A DNA stretch of 64,000 nucleotides from an uncultured Candidatus Saccharibacteria bacterium (GTDB taxonomy: Bacteria; Patescibacteriota; Minisyncoccia; Phycocordibacterales; UBA1006). A model generated the notes under the pieces. That model made no database searches, was not told the DNA's origin, and was given only the letters and a program-made list of their open reading frames with translations. The position numbers were made by a program, and so were the translations under genes. Positions 18,845 to 27,504 of the stretch are shown here, piece by piece. The DNA is taken from positions 7,299 to 71,298 of the forward strand of contig CAZROP010000002.1 in assembly GCA_964601935.1 (NCBI GenBank). Direction: 5' to 3'. Numbering within the stretch: the stretch's first letter is position 1; each line of letters starts with the position of its first letter.

Positions 18845-19891
18845 ATGAAAAAAATATTTATTGGATTTGTAGGTCAAAGTGACGAGCTCACTGAAAAAAT
18901 CTTAGAAATACAAGAGGGTTATGAGATATGGAATTTGAAACTGTTTAGTCTCGAAGAATTCACCAAAATCGTTAAAGACAGAATACCGCCCGTGAATAAT
19001 AACGTTATAAATAATTATATTGTTGAGGAGTATAACGAGAACTATGGTATCACAGAAGAGTATTTTTCTCGCTGTACGTGGGGCTTATTTATACCAGATA
19101 GCTTGGGTGATGTTTCTGGTGATAGTTTTTCAGAGACTATGTTTTTATTAAATCTTTTTTCGCCATCTTTCCTGTATCCAATATTCTACGTAACTGACTT
19201 CGGTGTAACGGTAAAAAGGTATGATAATAGAAAGATACTCTCCTTTGGAAACTCACAAGGACAGGCAAAGTTATTTACTTCTTCGAACTTCGTAGACTTT
19301 TTTAAAACCCTGCTTCCGTCATCGGCATATAGCGGTACTTGGCAGCTTGATCGTGTTCAGGTTTGGAAGAAAGAAGACTGGAGATTGTTCGTTGCAGGCA
19401 TGCTATTCTCTGACTTACGAGTCTATGATAATAGCAAAAGTGCGCTGACGTGGCAAAGAGAATCAGTGGAAATGAGTATGGTACTAGAATCACTATTTAT
19501 AGCTGATGATACCAATAGTGAAGAAATAGGGTACAGGTTAAGGAAAAGAATTGCTGTACTGCTTTCAGTGTATTTTCCTAATATTGAAAATGATATTAAA
19601 GAACTTTATAAGGCTAGAAGCGAGTTTGTTCATGGATCATTTTATCTTAAGCTTGCAAAGAGTAGTGACCAGTTACCTACGCCCAACTTTAACTTGTTAC
19701 ACCAACAAACGGAGTTTGTGCGTTGGTCGTTAATTGGGTGCCTTCATTTGTTTCAAGTTATCAATAACGGTTCTAAATACCCCCAGAAGTCAGTAATGAG
19801 TGTGTTAGAAGCTGCTATCGTTGACGTTAAACTTCGTGAAAGTATATTAAATGATGTAAGTGAAGTGTTTTCTCTCTTGCCAACTATTTAA
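18845..19891 (+). CDS. HEPN-motif protein B (paralog of A)
   Basis: 348 aa; C-terminal ELYKARSEFVHGSF (Rx4HG) in the same relative position as in A; 8-nt spacing. Confidence 0.5.
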   Translation: MKKIFIGFVGQSDELTEKILEIQEGYEIWNLKLFSLEEFTKIVKDRIPPVNNNVINNYIVEEYNENYGITEEYFSRCTWGLFIPDSLGDVSGDSFSETMFLLNLFSPSFLYPIFYVTDFGVTVKRYDNRKILSFGNSQGQAKLFTSSNFVDFFKTLLPSSAYSGTWQLDRVQVWKKEDWRLFVAGMLFSDLRVYDNSKSALTWQRESVEMSMVLESLFIADDTNSEEIGYRLRKRIAVLLSVYFPNIENDIKELYKARSEFVHGSFYLKLAKSSDQLPTPNFNLLHQQTEFVRWSLIGCLHLFQVINNGSKYPQKSVMSVLEAAIVDVKLRESILNDVSEVFSLLPTI

Positions 19892-19915
19892 ATTGGCTCA
19901 TAATTGCTTTATCCT

Positions 19916-21079
19916 ATGAAAAAACCGCAAAAAGAAGCAAGTAAGCCTCCAATAAAAAGGAAGACAAGATCATCCAAATCTGCTTTGAGTTATATAAGTG
20001 ATTATGCAGGTAGGTGGCTGGATGATCAGATAGGATTCTTTAAGGAGTGTAAGATTTCTCAAGAAGAGGTAGACAGTGCGAAATTGCATTGGCATGAGCT
20101 TGCCAAAATATACGATGACCATAAGTCTAGGGAAGTTTTGCTATCGACAACAGCAAATACGATCTCTCAAATCATCCAGGGAATGTCAAAGGTCCACAGT
20201 GTTCGTTTAAGAATAAAAGATCCCGCTAGTCTGATTGGAAAAATTGTAAGAAAGCGCAAGGCAGATCCTAATAGAGATATAAATTATAATAACTACAAAG
20301 ACGAAATTACAGATTTAATCGGAATAAGGATACTACACTTGTTAAAATCGGATTGGGAAAGTATCCATAGAGGTCTTTTTGATCATTTCTCTGCTAAAGG
20401 GAAGCCAGTAGCTTATATTCGTGAGGGCGATTCTAATGAGTGGATTACTATGTATAAAAACGCAGGTTGTAGGGTTGAAGATCACGAACGTAGATATAGG
20501 TCAGTTCACTATGAGGTGAAAGTAGGTATCACGAAAGAGCCTATAATTGCTGAAATTCAGGTCAGGACAATCCATGAAGAAAGTTGGAGTGAGCTTGATC
20601 ACGCCATCAATTATCCCGTACAGGCGTCACTAATCATCCAGAATCTTTTGAGCACCCTAAACCAACTTGCTGGGATATCAGATGAGCTAAGCGCATACAC
20701 AATGTACGTTTTTAATGCGTTCGAAGAACAAAAGGCGGAAATAGAGATGCTCCAAAATAGTTACTCAGCAAAACTTTCTGAAACGGAGGAGTTAATCAAC
20801 AGGTTAGAGGTTAAAGAAGCAGAAAAGACTAAAATAAAAGAAAAGCTTAAAGATTTAGAAACAAAAGGTAACTCAGCTATGGGCTTTTCAGAAAGTAATA
20901 CCGTTTTTTCGACCTCAGGTTTGCAACTTAGGACAAACTTTGCTGCCCCTATCTTTGGCAGCAATAACCACGACCCGACATCAGCTGTAAGACGGTGCGC
21001 AAGGTGTAAAGGTTTTTTGTTTGGTGGTTCCATCGGGAGTAATTTATGCGCTGTTTGTTCCGTTGCTTATAGAGTATAG
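19916..21079 (+). CDS. RelA/SpoT-homolog (RSH) synthetase-fold nucleotidyltransferase with C-terminal Cys4 element (toxSAS-like)
   Basis: 387 aa from the ATG (the track start is TTG); motifs SLIGKIVRKRK, DLIGIRILHL, RYRSVHYEV, EIQVRTIHEESWSELDH match the RelA_SpoT synthetase core; then a coiled-coil and CARCKG...CAVCS. Confidence 0.7.
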   Translation: MKKPQKEASKPPIKRKTRSSKSALSYISDYAGRWLDDQIGFFKECKISQEEVDSAKLHWHELAKIYDDHKSREVLLSTTANTISQIIQGMSKVHSVRLRIKDPASLIGKIVRKRKADPNRDINYNNYKDEITDLIGIRILHLLKSDWESIHRGLFDHFSAKGKPVAYIREGDSNEWITMYKNAGCRVEDHERRYRSVHYEVKVGITKEPIIAEIQVRTIHEESWSELDHAINYPVQASLIIQNLLSTLNQLAGISDELSAYTMYVFNAFEEQKAEIEMLQNSYSAKLSETEELINRLEVKEAEKTKIKEKLKDLETKGNSAMGFSESNTVFSTSGLQLRTNFAAPIFGSNNHDPTSAVRRCARCKGFLFGGSIGSNLCAVCSVAYRV

Positions 21080-21135
21080 GTAAGTATGCTAATTAGACTT
21101 TCTACTTAACTCTTCTCTTGATACCGAAAAATCAT

Positions 21136-22761
21136 ATGGACATTAACATTTTAATGGATAGTTTGAACAGTGATAGGCAGAGTGTGGAAGACGCTAAGGA
21201 TATTAAGTATGTTATCTACGCCCGGAAGTCTACGGATGACATGGGTAAGCAGGCTCGGTCCTTGGCAGATCAGGTGTCAGAGTGTCAGCAATACGCACTC
21301 ACCCACAATCTGCGTTGTGACCCGACCCCTATTATAGAGTCTGAGTCAGCAAAAGAGCCCGATATTCGACCCAAGTTTAGACAAATGATGGAAGACCTCA
21401 AAAGAGGAAAGTATGGAGGAGTTATTGCCTGGCACCCTGATAGATTATCTCGAAACATGAAGGACGCAGGGGAGATTATAGATCTCGTGGACAAGAGTGT
21501 TATTCGTGACTTGAAGTTCGTAAGTTTTGTATTTGATAATACTACTAGCGGAAAGATGCTTTTAGGTATGACCTTTGTACTATCTAAACAGTACTCAGAT
21601 GCTTTAAGTGACAACGTTAACCGTGGTAATAGAAAGAGTGTTGAAGAGGGAAAGTATATCAATAAAGCGAAACACGGTTACTACAAGGACCCTAACCAGT
21701 ATCTAAGACCTGATACCCATAATAATAATTTTATTCTGATAAAAACTGCTTTTAGAATGCGCCTGGATGGAGCTGGGTTGGATGAAATTGTTAAGTACCT
21801 AAACGAAAATAACTACTCAAAAGCAAATACTGGTCAGTATAGAACAATATTTAAAATGACGAAGCAGCGTGTATCAAGCTTTCTCTCTGATCCGATTTAT
21901 ACAGGTGTATACCGTTATGGCGGAATAGAAGCAGTTAACCTTGTTGAAAAGTATCATTTTGAGCCAATGATAACTGTTGAGGAGTTTGCAAAAATAAATA
22001 AACGAATATTCCCAAGCCTTGGTAGGTCCGCTCGTAAGAAGGATGGGGTACGAGCAGATTTTATGGTTAAAAGAGTTCGCTGTAGTTTTTGTGGCGAAGC
22101 AATGTCTACAGGTATTAGTGGAAGCAGAGCAGATTCCGGCGAAAAGACAGAGTACTTCTATTACCGATGTGAGACCGAAAAGTGCGTCAGGCATAACAAG
22201 TCGACTCGCGCAAAGGTTATTGTTGATTATGCAGTTGAGTTCCTGCAAACATTACCGTTCTCATCAGAGGCAAGTTACGATCACTACTTGAAGGAAATGG
22301 ACAGGTTGAGTACACAAAAAGTAACCAAATCTAAAGAAAGGGTAAAAAGTTTGCAGACAAAGAGAGTATTTTTAGTAGAAAGAGAAAAAAAGGTAAAAGA
22401 AATGCTACTTAACGAAAAAGATGGTCGTATTAAAGATGAGTTTCGAGGGGATTTTGAACTGATAAAAGATCAGGTCTCTAAAATAGAACAAGAAATAACT
22501 GATCTAAAAGAGATAATTACTGGCGGTAAAACTGCTCCGGCTACCTATAGCGAGTTCCTCGAAGTTTTAAAGAAAATGCCTTTATTTATTAGGGAAATTA
22601 AGAGTTTAAGCGAGTTAGATTTTTTTATGAAAAAAATCTTCTCGAACCTCACTGTTAATGGTAAAAAAGTCATAAAAACAACGCTTGCTGCGCCCTTTGA
22701 TAAGTTGTATAAACTAAGTAATCCTGCTTTGTTGCCCGATAAGGACTCGAACCTCAATTAA
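21136..22761 (+). CDS. large serine recombinase (integrase)
   Basis: 541 aa; resolvase catalytic motif YVIYARKSTDD, recombinase domain, Zn ribbon CSFCGE...YYRCETEKC, coiled-coil C-terminus; last 10 codons overlap tRNA-Gln. Confidence 0.85.
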   Translation: MDINILMDSLNSDRQSVEDAKDIKYVIYARKSTDDMGKQARSLADQVSECQQYALTHNLRCDPTPIIESESAKEPDIRPKFRQMMEDLKRGKYGGVIAWHPDRLSRNMKDAGEIIDLVDKSVIRDLKFVSFVFDNTTSGKMLLGMTFVLSKQYSDALSDNVNRGNRKSVEEGKYINKAKHGYYKDPNQYLRPDTHNNNFILIKTAFRMRLDGAGLDEIVKYLNENNYSKANTGQYRTIFKMTKQRVSSFLSDPIYTGVYRYGGIEAVNLVEKYHFEPMITVEEFAKINKRIFPSLGRSARKKDGVRADFMVKRVRCSFCGEAMSTGISGSRADSGEKTEYFYYRCETEKCVRHNKSTRAKVIVDYAVEFLQTLPFSSEASYDHYLKEMDRLSTQKVTKSKERVKSLQTKRVFLVEREKKVKEMLLNEKDGRIKDEFRGDFELIKDQVSKIEQEITDLKEIITGGKTAPATYSEFLEVLKKMPLFIREIKSLSELDFFMKKIFSNLTVNGKKVIKTTLAAPFDKLYKLSNPALLPDKDSNLN

Positions 22762-22802
22762 CGGTACCAGAAACCGCTGTCCTACCATTAGACGATCGGG
22801 CA
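22732..22802 (-). tRNA. tRNA-Gln (anticodon CTG)
   Basis: hand-folded cloverleaf: acceptor TGCCCGA/TCGGGCA, T-arm TGAGG-TTCGAGT-CCTTA, anticodon loop TTCTGGT; no encoded CCA. Confidence 0.8.
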
Positions 22803-22869
22803 ATACTGTATCATGTTTGCACACGAATACGTCTACTAGAATACACTGTTGTATGGTAGAGTGCAAGTG

Positions 22870-23142
22870 ATGAAAACCTCCGAAATACTGCAACGTGTGA
22901 CACTGATACTGATACTCGGAATCCTGGGGTATATGGCTCCGCTGTGGGTTTTGGTCGTATTTGTGGCTGTTGCGGTGTTTTTCGTACCTGCATTTGTAGA
23001 AGGAGCCATTATTGTGATGACAATAGAATACATAGGTCGAGATTTCGCCAGTATGGGATACGTGGGATGGGTACTGGTCGCATGGATACTGATGTGCGAG
23101 GTTGTGCGGACACGATTCCGTATGAATGGGAACAAGAAATAA
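22870..23142 (+). CDS. small polytopic membrane protein (possibly MreD-like)
   Basis: 90 aa from the ATG; about 3 TM helices; immediately precedes the PBP2-like gene. Confidence 0.3.
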   Translation: MKTSEILQRVTLILILGILGYMAPLWVLVVFVAVAVFFVPAFVEGAIIVMTIEYIGRDFASMGYVGWVLVAWILMCEVVRTRFRMNGNKK

Positions 23143-23145
23143 CAT

Positions 23146-24987
23146 ATGATGAAGCGTAATCGTAGGCGACTGTCATCGCCGGGCCTGAATATAGAGGAAT
23201 TGATCGCAGATGCAGAGTTTGCTGGCAAGGATTTGTCCGGGAAAAGTATTATGCTGACGCGCCTAGGGCGCGGACCTATCAGCATGCTGATAGGGATTAT
23301 GATTGTAGTAGGGGTCATATTCCTGGGCTATGTGATATTTCTCGTGAACAAGTCGCCCGACAGCTACGCGCGTACACTGTATCGCAATCGTCTGGCGAGC
23401 GAAATCGTGTTTGCTCCACGTGGTGCTATTCTGGACCGCAATGACCGTCAGTTGGCTGCCAGTACGTACAATTCAGTATCAGGCAGATACGAACGCGAGG
23501 TGGCGGATATCCCTGGGATTGGTTCGTTGATGGGATTTATTCGCTATCCAGAACAAGATGCCTCGGGGTATTACTGGCGTTTTTCTACCGAAGGCGTGTC
23601 AGGATTGGAAAAGTTTGCCGATAGCATGCTGAAAGAATATCCAGGATATCGTCTGCGTACTCGTGAACGTTCGGGGCAGGAATTGGTATTCCCTGAAGAC
23701 CGCGTGGTATACCCGCAGTCAGGAAAACCACTGAAGACAACACTAGATTATGATCTGAACAAGAAACTAGGGGAATCTATGGTGAGTTTTATAAAAGCGA
23801 ACAACTACGAGGCAGGCGCAGGTGTGATCATGAATGTACGCACAGGAGAAATACTGGCAATGGTGTCACTACCTGACATTGATCCTGATGCGCTCAGTAA
23901 TAACGAAGAAGGGATTGCAGAGCAGTATCTGAATGATCCGAACAAACCTATGCTGAACCGCGTGGTATTCGGGGGGTATAACCCGGGATCGACGGTAAAG
24001 CCATATTTGGTGACTGCATTTTTGAACGAGGGCACCATCACACCAACATCAGTAGTAAACAGTGTGGGCAAAATAAAGGTTATCAACCCCTATACAAAAG
24101 GTCAGGACTATACATTCCGCGATTGGCGACCACTGGGGCATGGTGTGACCAATGCGCGCTGGGCGTTGGCGGATTCTGTCAACACATTTTTCTATGTATA
24201 TGGGGGAGGATACGGCGGGGTGAAGGGCCTGGGAATCAAAAAGATAAAAGAATACATGCAAAAGTTCGGGCTGGGCGAACGGGTGCCATTCGTACTGCGG
24301 GGTACACAGCCGGGACAGGTGCCTGACCCTGCATGGAAGATGGAGACATTCGGTGAATCATGGAGAGTGGGGGACACCTATAACTCGTCGATTGGGCAGT
24401 ATGGATTTGTCGTGACGCCGTTGCAGCAGCTGCGTGCAGTGGCAGCATTGGCAACCAGCGGACTGATGATACAGCCGATTATTCTATCAGGACAGGCATT
24501 AGTAGTGGACCGTATTCCGGGTATAGAAGAAGCCTGGTATCAGGAGGTACGCGCCGGTATGCGCGATGTGGTAACCATTGGTACCGGTCAGAGTATGAAT
24601 GTGCCTGCAATAGAGTTTGCCGCAAAGACAGGAACCGCACAGGTACTGAACAAGACGAAAATTAACTCGTGGACCATAGGATTCTGGCCCTATAACGAAC
24701 CGCAGTATGCATTTGTATTGTTGGCAGAGCGTGGACCCAAGGAGGGTGCGCCCAACGTATCACATGCATGGCGTACGGTTATTAATTGGATGATTGATGA
24801 GCGTACAGAATACTTTATTCCGGCGCCAGGATACGAGGCTCTGAAGGCAAGCCCGAAAAAGATGTCAGTGCCTGTAGAGGTAAAAGAAGATGGCGTAAAA
24901 ACGGTAGATGCTCTGGAGATCCCTGCAGAGGAAGAAGAGACTCCAGTTGATGCGATTCTTGACCCTGTAACTGCTCCTGTGGAGTAA
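23146..24987 (+). CDS. mrdA: class B penicillin-binding protein (PBP2/MrdA-like transpeptidase)
   Basis: 613 aa; N-terminal TM; STVK (SxxK), SVN (SxN) and KTGTA motifs. Confidence 0.75.
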   Translation: MMKRNRRRLSSPGLNIEELIADAEFAGKDLSGKSIMLTRLGRGPISMLIGIMIVVGVIFLGYVIFLVNKSPDSYARTLYRNRLASEIVFAPRGAILDRNDRQLAASTYNSVSGRYEREVADIPGIGSLMGFIRYPEQDASGYYWRFSTEGVSGLEKFADSMLKEYPGYRLRTRERSGQELVFPEDRVVYPQSGKPLKTTLDYDLNKKLGESMVSFIKANNYEAGAGVIMNVRTGEILAMVSLPDIDPDALSNNEEGIAEQYLNDPNKPMLNRVVFGGYNPGSTVKPYLVTAFLNEGTITPTSVVNSVGKIKVINPYTKGQDYTFRDWRPLGHGVTNARWALADSVNTFFYVYGGGYGGVKGLGIKKIKEYMQKFGLGERVPFVLRGTQPGQVPDPAWKMETFGESWRVGDTYNSSIGQYGFVVTPLQQLRAVAALATSGLMIQPIILSGQALVVDRIPGIEEAWYQEVRAGMRDVVTIGTGQSMNVPAIEFAAKTGTAQVLNKTKINSWTIGFWPYNEPQYAFVLLAERGPKEGAPNVSHAWRTVINWMIDERTEYFIPAPGYEALKASPKKMSVPVEVKEDGVKTVDALEIPAEEEETPVDAILDPVTAPVE

Positions 24988-25031
24988 AAGGTTTTAATAT
25001 AGTTCCCAATAGATGCCTAAAAGGGCATATT

Positions 25032-25508
25032 ATGATACAATTTTACTTTATGGAACCAATTTTCATGACACAGCAGGGCCGAGACGATATGGTGGCAGAA
25101 TTGCACGAGCGCACCCACGTGATACGTCCCGAAATATCTCGGCGTATGGCAGACGCGCGAGCGCTGGGTGATTTGTCCGAAAACGCAGAGTATCACAGTG
25201 CACGTAGTGAGGCCCGCAAAAACGAGGGACGTATCGAAGAGCTCGAAGAAACTCTCAAGAGGGTCAAAATCATTGCTTCAAAATCCCATGATACTGCAGA
25301 GTTGTCGGCGCGTATTACCCTGCTAAAAAACAATGAGACAGAGGTGGTGTATATCTTGGTATCAGCAGCCGAGGCAGACATACGCGCAAGCAAATTATCT
25401 ATCGAATCTCCCATAGGTCAGTTATTAGTAGGAAAGAGAGTAGGTGACGAATTCGTTCATACTACTCCTGCAGGCGACATACAGTATTGTATTATTGGTA
25501 TAGAATAA
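25032..25508 (+). CDS. greA: transcription elongation factor GreA
   Basis: RALGDLSENAEYHSARSEA...coiled-coil then FKBP-like C-terminus; start could be one of two downstream ATGs. Confidence 0.8.
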   Translation: MIQFYFMEPIFMTQQGRDDMVAELHERTHVIRPEISRRMADARALGDLSENAEYHSARSEARKNEGRIEELEETLKRVKIIASKSHDTAELSARITLLKNNETEVVYILVSAAEADIRASKLSIESPIGQLLVGKRVGDEFVHTTPAGDIQYCIIGIE

Positions 25509-25525
25509 AGGGTGTAAATAAAATT

Positions 25526-25888
25526 ATGGAAGCAGAAAAATCAAAATCCCTAGAATTAGCTAAACAATTTCTTGGGAAGGAGGTTGAGATTGTTTTTGAT
25601 AGACCGCTTGGAAGCAGTCATCCAAAACACGGATTCATTTATGAGGTGAATTACGGTTATCTTGATGGAATTAAAGCCCCAGATGGAGAAGATCTGGATG
25701 CGTATTTTCTAGGAACAGATCAATCACTCGAAAAGGCTAGGGGTGTTGTAAAAGCTATTATTCATCGAGTTGAAGATGATGATGACAAGCTGGTTGTTAT
25801 GCCAAAAGAAGTATCAATGAGTGATGAAGAAATTAAACGAGCGGTGAATTTTCAGGAGCAGTGGTTTAAGCACCAAATTCTTCGATAG
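25526..25888 (+). CDS. miniature family-I inorganic pyrophosphatase-like protein
   Basis: 120 aa; FDRPLGSSHPKHGFIYEVNYGYLDGIKAPDGEDLD and ARGVVKAIIHRVEDDDDKLVVMP align to the PPase core motifs (YPxNYGxI...DGDPxD; RxIGxLxMxDExGxDxKxxAV) but the N- and C-terminal segments are missing. Confidence 0.5.
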   Translation: MEAEKSKSLELAKQFLGKEVEIVFDRPLGSSHPKHGFIYEVNYGYLDGIKAPDGEDLDAYFLGTDQSLEKARGVVKAIIHRVEDDDDKLVVMPKEVSMSDEEIKRAVNFQEQWFKHQILR

Positions 25889-25944
25889 AGTCTAAGGCGT
25901 TACTCTACTTGCATTTCGCCCCTGACTCGTCATAATGGGCGGAT

Positions 25945-27426
25945 ATGGCATCACTTGATGAATTGCGCTCTGTGCGTTTGGGAAAATTAACAACACTACG
26001 TGAATCAGGCGAGCAGCCGTACGAGGTGGTATCTGCACGCACACATAGTATCGCAGAGGTGATTGATCAGTTCGAGGTATTGTCGACAGGAGGAAATAGT
26101 GTGACCTTAGCTGGGCGCATTATGGCTATTCGGGGTCAGGGGGCAATACTCTTTGTATCGTTATGGGATGGGACGGATCATTTCCAGTGTGTATTTCAGC
26201 GTGACCACATGGAGGCAGATCGTTTCGAATTGTTCGGCGAAACCATTGATGTGGGTGATTTTATCGAATGTACAGGAACATTGTTCACAACCCAGCGGGG
26301 CCAGGACAGTATCCAGGTGTCTGGTTGGAAATGTCTCACCAAATCGTTGTTGCCGTTACCTGATAAATGGCATGGACTCGCAGATGACGACGAGCGATAC
26401 CGTAAGCGTTATTTGGAAATGATTAGTGATACAGAGGTGTTCGACCGATTCAAATTACGATCCCTGGTTATCCGCTATATTCGTAATTTCTTTGATTCTC
26501 GTGGGTTTTTGGAGATAGAAACACCGATATTGCAGTCACAGGCAGGTGGCGCGATGGCGCGGACGTTCGATACGTTCCATGCAGATTTACAGATGCCTAT
26601 GGTGCTACGTATTGCATTGGAACTGGAGCACAAAATGTTAATGGCAGGCGGACTACCAGCAGTCTACGAAATTGGCAAAAACTTCCGCAACGAGGGCAGT
26701 GATCCAACACATATCCAGGAATTCACCATGATGGAATGGTACTGGGCGTATCACACATTAGCAGACAATATGCAGCTGACAGAGGATTTGCTGAAAGGCA
26801 TAGTACGAGATGTGTGTAATAACCAACAGGAATTCACAGTCTATGACAAGCAGGGTGATGCACAGATGGTATCGTTCGGAGGAGAATGGGGGCGTGTACG
26901 ATTCGATGATCTGCTACGGGTATACGCGCGTATTGATATTGCAACAGCGAGTCTCGACGATATTCGTAGCCACGCAGTCGAACACGGCATGCCGACTGAC
27001 GAGGCGGAGGCTACAGGTCGCGGCAATCTGTTGGATTACATATTCAAGAAAACTACACGTCATCGCATCATCAATCCAACATTCGTCACCCATTACCCAG
27101 GAGATTTGAAGCCATTGGCACAGCAAAACCCAGATGGTACCGCATCGGTGGCACAGTTGATTATCGCAGGGGCAGAGATCACTAATCAGTATGCAGAATT
27201 GATTGATCCATTGGTGCAACGCAGTTTGTTGGAATCGCAATCCGCAGCGCGCGCAGGCGGTGATGATGAAGCAATGGAGATTGACGAGCGATTCCTAACT
27301 GCAATGGAGCACGGCATGCCACCTATGACGGGATTTGGTATGGGAATTGATCGCCTGGTTGCAATTCTGACAGAACAGCGCAATCTCCGCGAAACCATCT
27401 TCTTCCCGATTATGCGGCCGGAGTAA
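25945..27426 (+). CDS. lysS: lysyl-tRNA synthetase (class II)
   Basis: 493 aa; N-terminal OB anticodon-binding domain, RKRYLEMI, class II motifs. Confidence 0.9.
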   Translation: MASLDELRSVRLGKLTTLRESGEQPYEVVSARTHSIAEVIDQFEVLSTGGNSVTLAGRIMAIRGQGAILFVSLWDGTDHFQCVFQRDHMEADRFELFGETIDVGDFIECTGTLFTTQRGQDSIQVSGWKCLTKSLLPLPDKWHGLADDDERYRKRYLEMISDTEVFDRFKLRSLVIRYIRNFFDSRGFLEIETPILQSQAGGAMARTFDTFHADLQMPMVLRIALELEHKMLMAGGLPAVYEIGKNFRNEGSDPTHIQEFTMMEWYWAYHTLADNMQLTEDLLKGIVRDVCNNQQEFTVYDKQGDAQMVSFGGEWGRVRFDDLLRVYARIDIATASLDDIRSHAVEHGMPTDEAEATGRGNLLDYIFKKTTRHRIINPTFVTHYPGDLKPLAQQNPDGTASVAQLIIAGAEITNQYAELIDPLVQRSLLESQSAARAGGDDEAMEIDERFLTAMEHGMPPMTGFGMGIDRLVAILTEQRNLRETIFFPIMRPE

Positions 27427-27442
27427 GTAATACGATAGATTA

Positions 27443-27476
27443 AAACCGCCAGCAGCACTAGCTTATGGCGGTTTTT
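27443..27476. terminator. intrinsic terminator after lysS
   Basis: aaccgccagcagcactagcttatggcggttttt. Confidence 0.5.
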
Positions 27477-27504
27477 GTTTAGATGGTGATTTTGTTAGTT
27501 TTTA

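Larger units (their letters stand above)
12654..22802. mobile_element. putative integrated genomic island ending at tRNA-Gln and a serine recombinase (left boundary uncertain)
   Basis: large serine recombinase whose 3' end overlaps the tRNA-Gln 3' half; the segment is visibly AT-richer and consists of hypothetical, secreted-nuclease and toxin-like genes. Confidence 0.35.
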
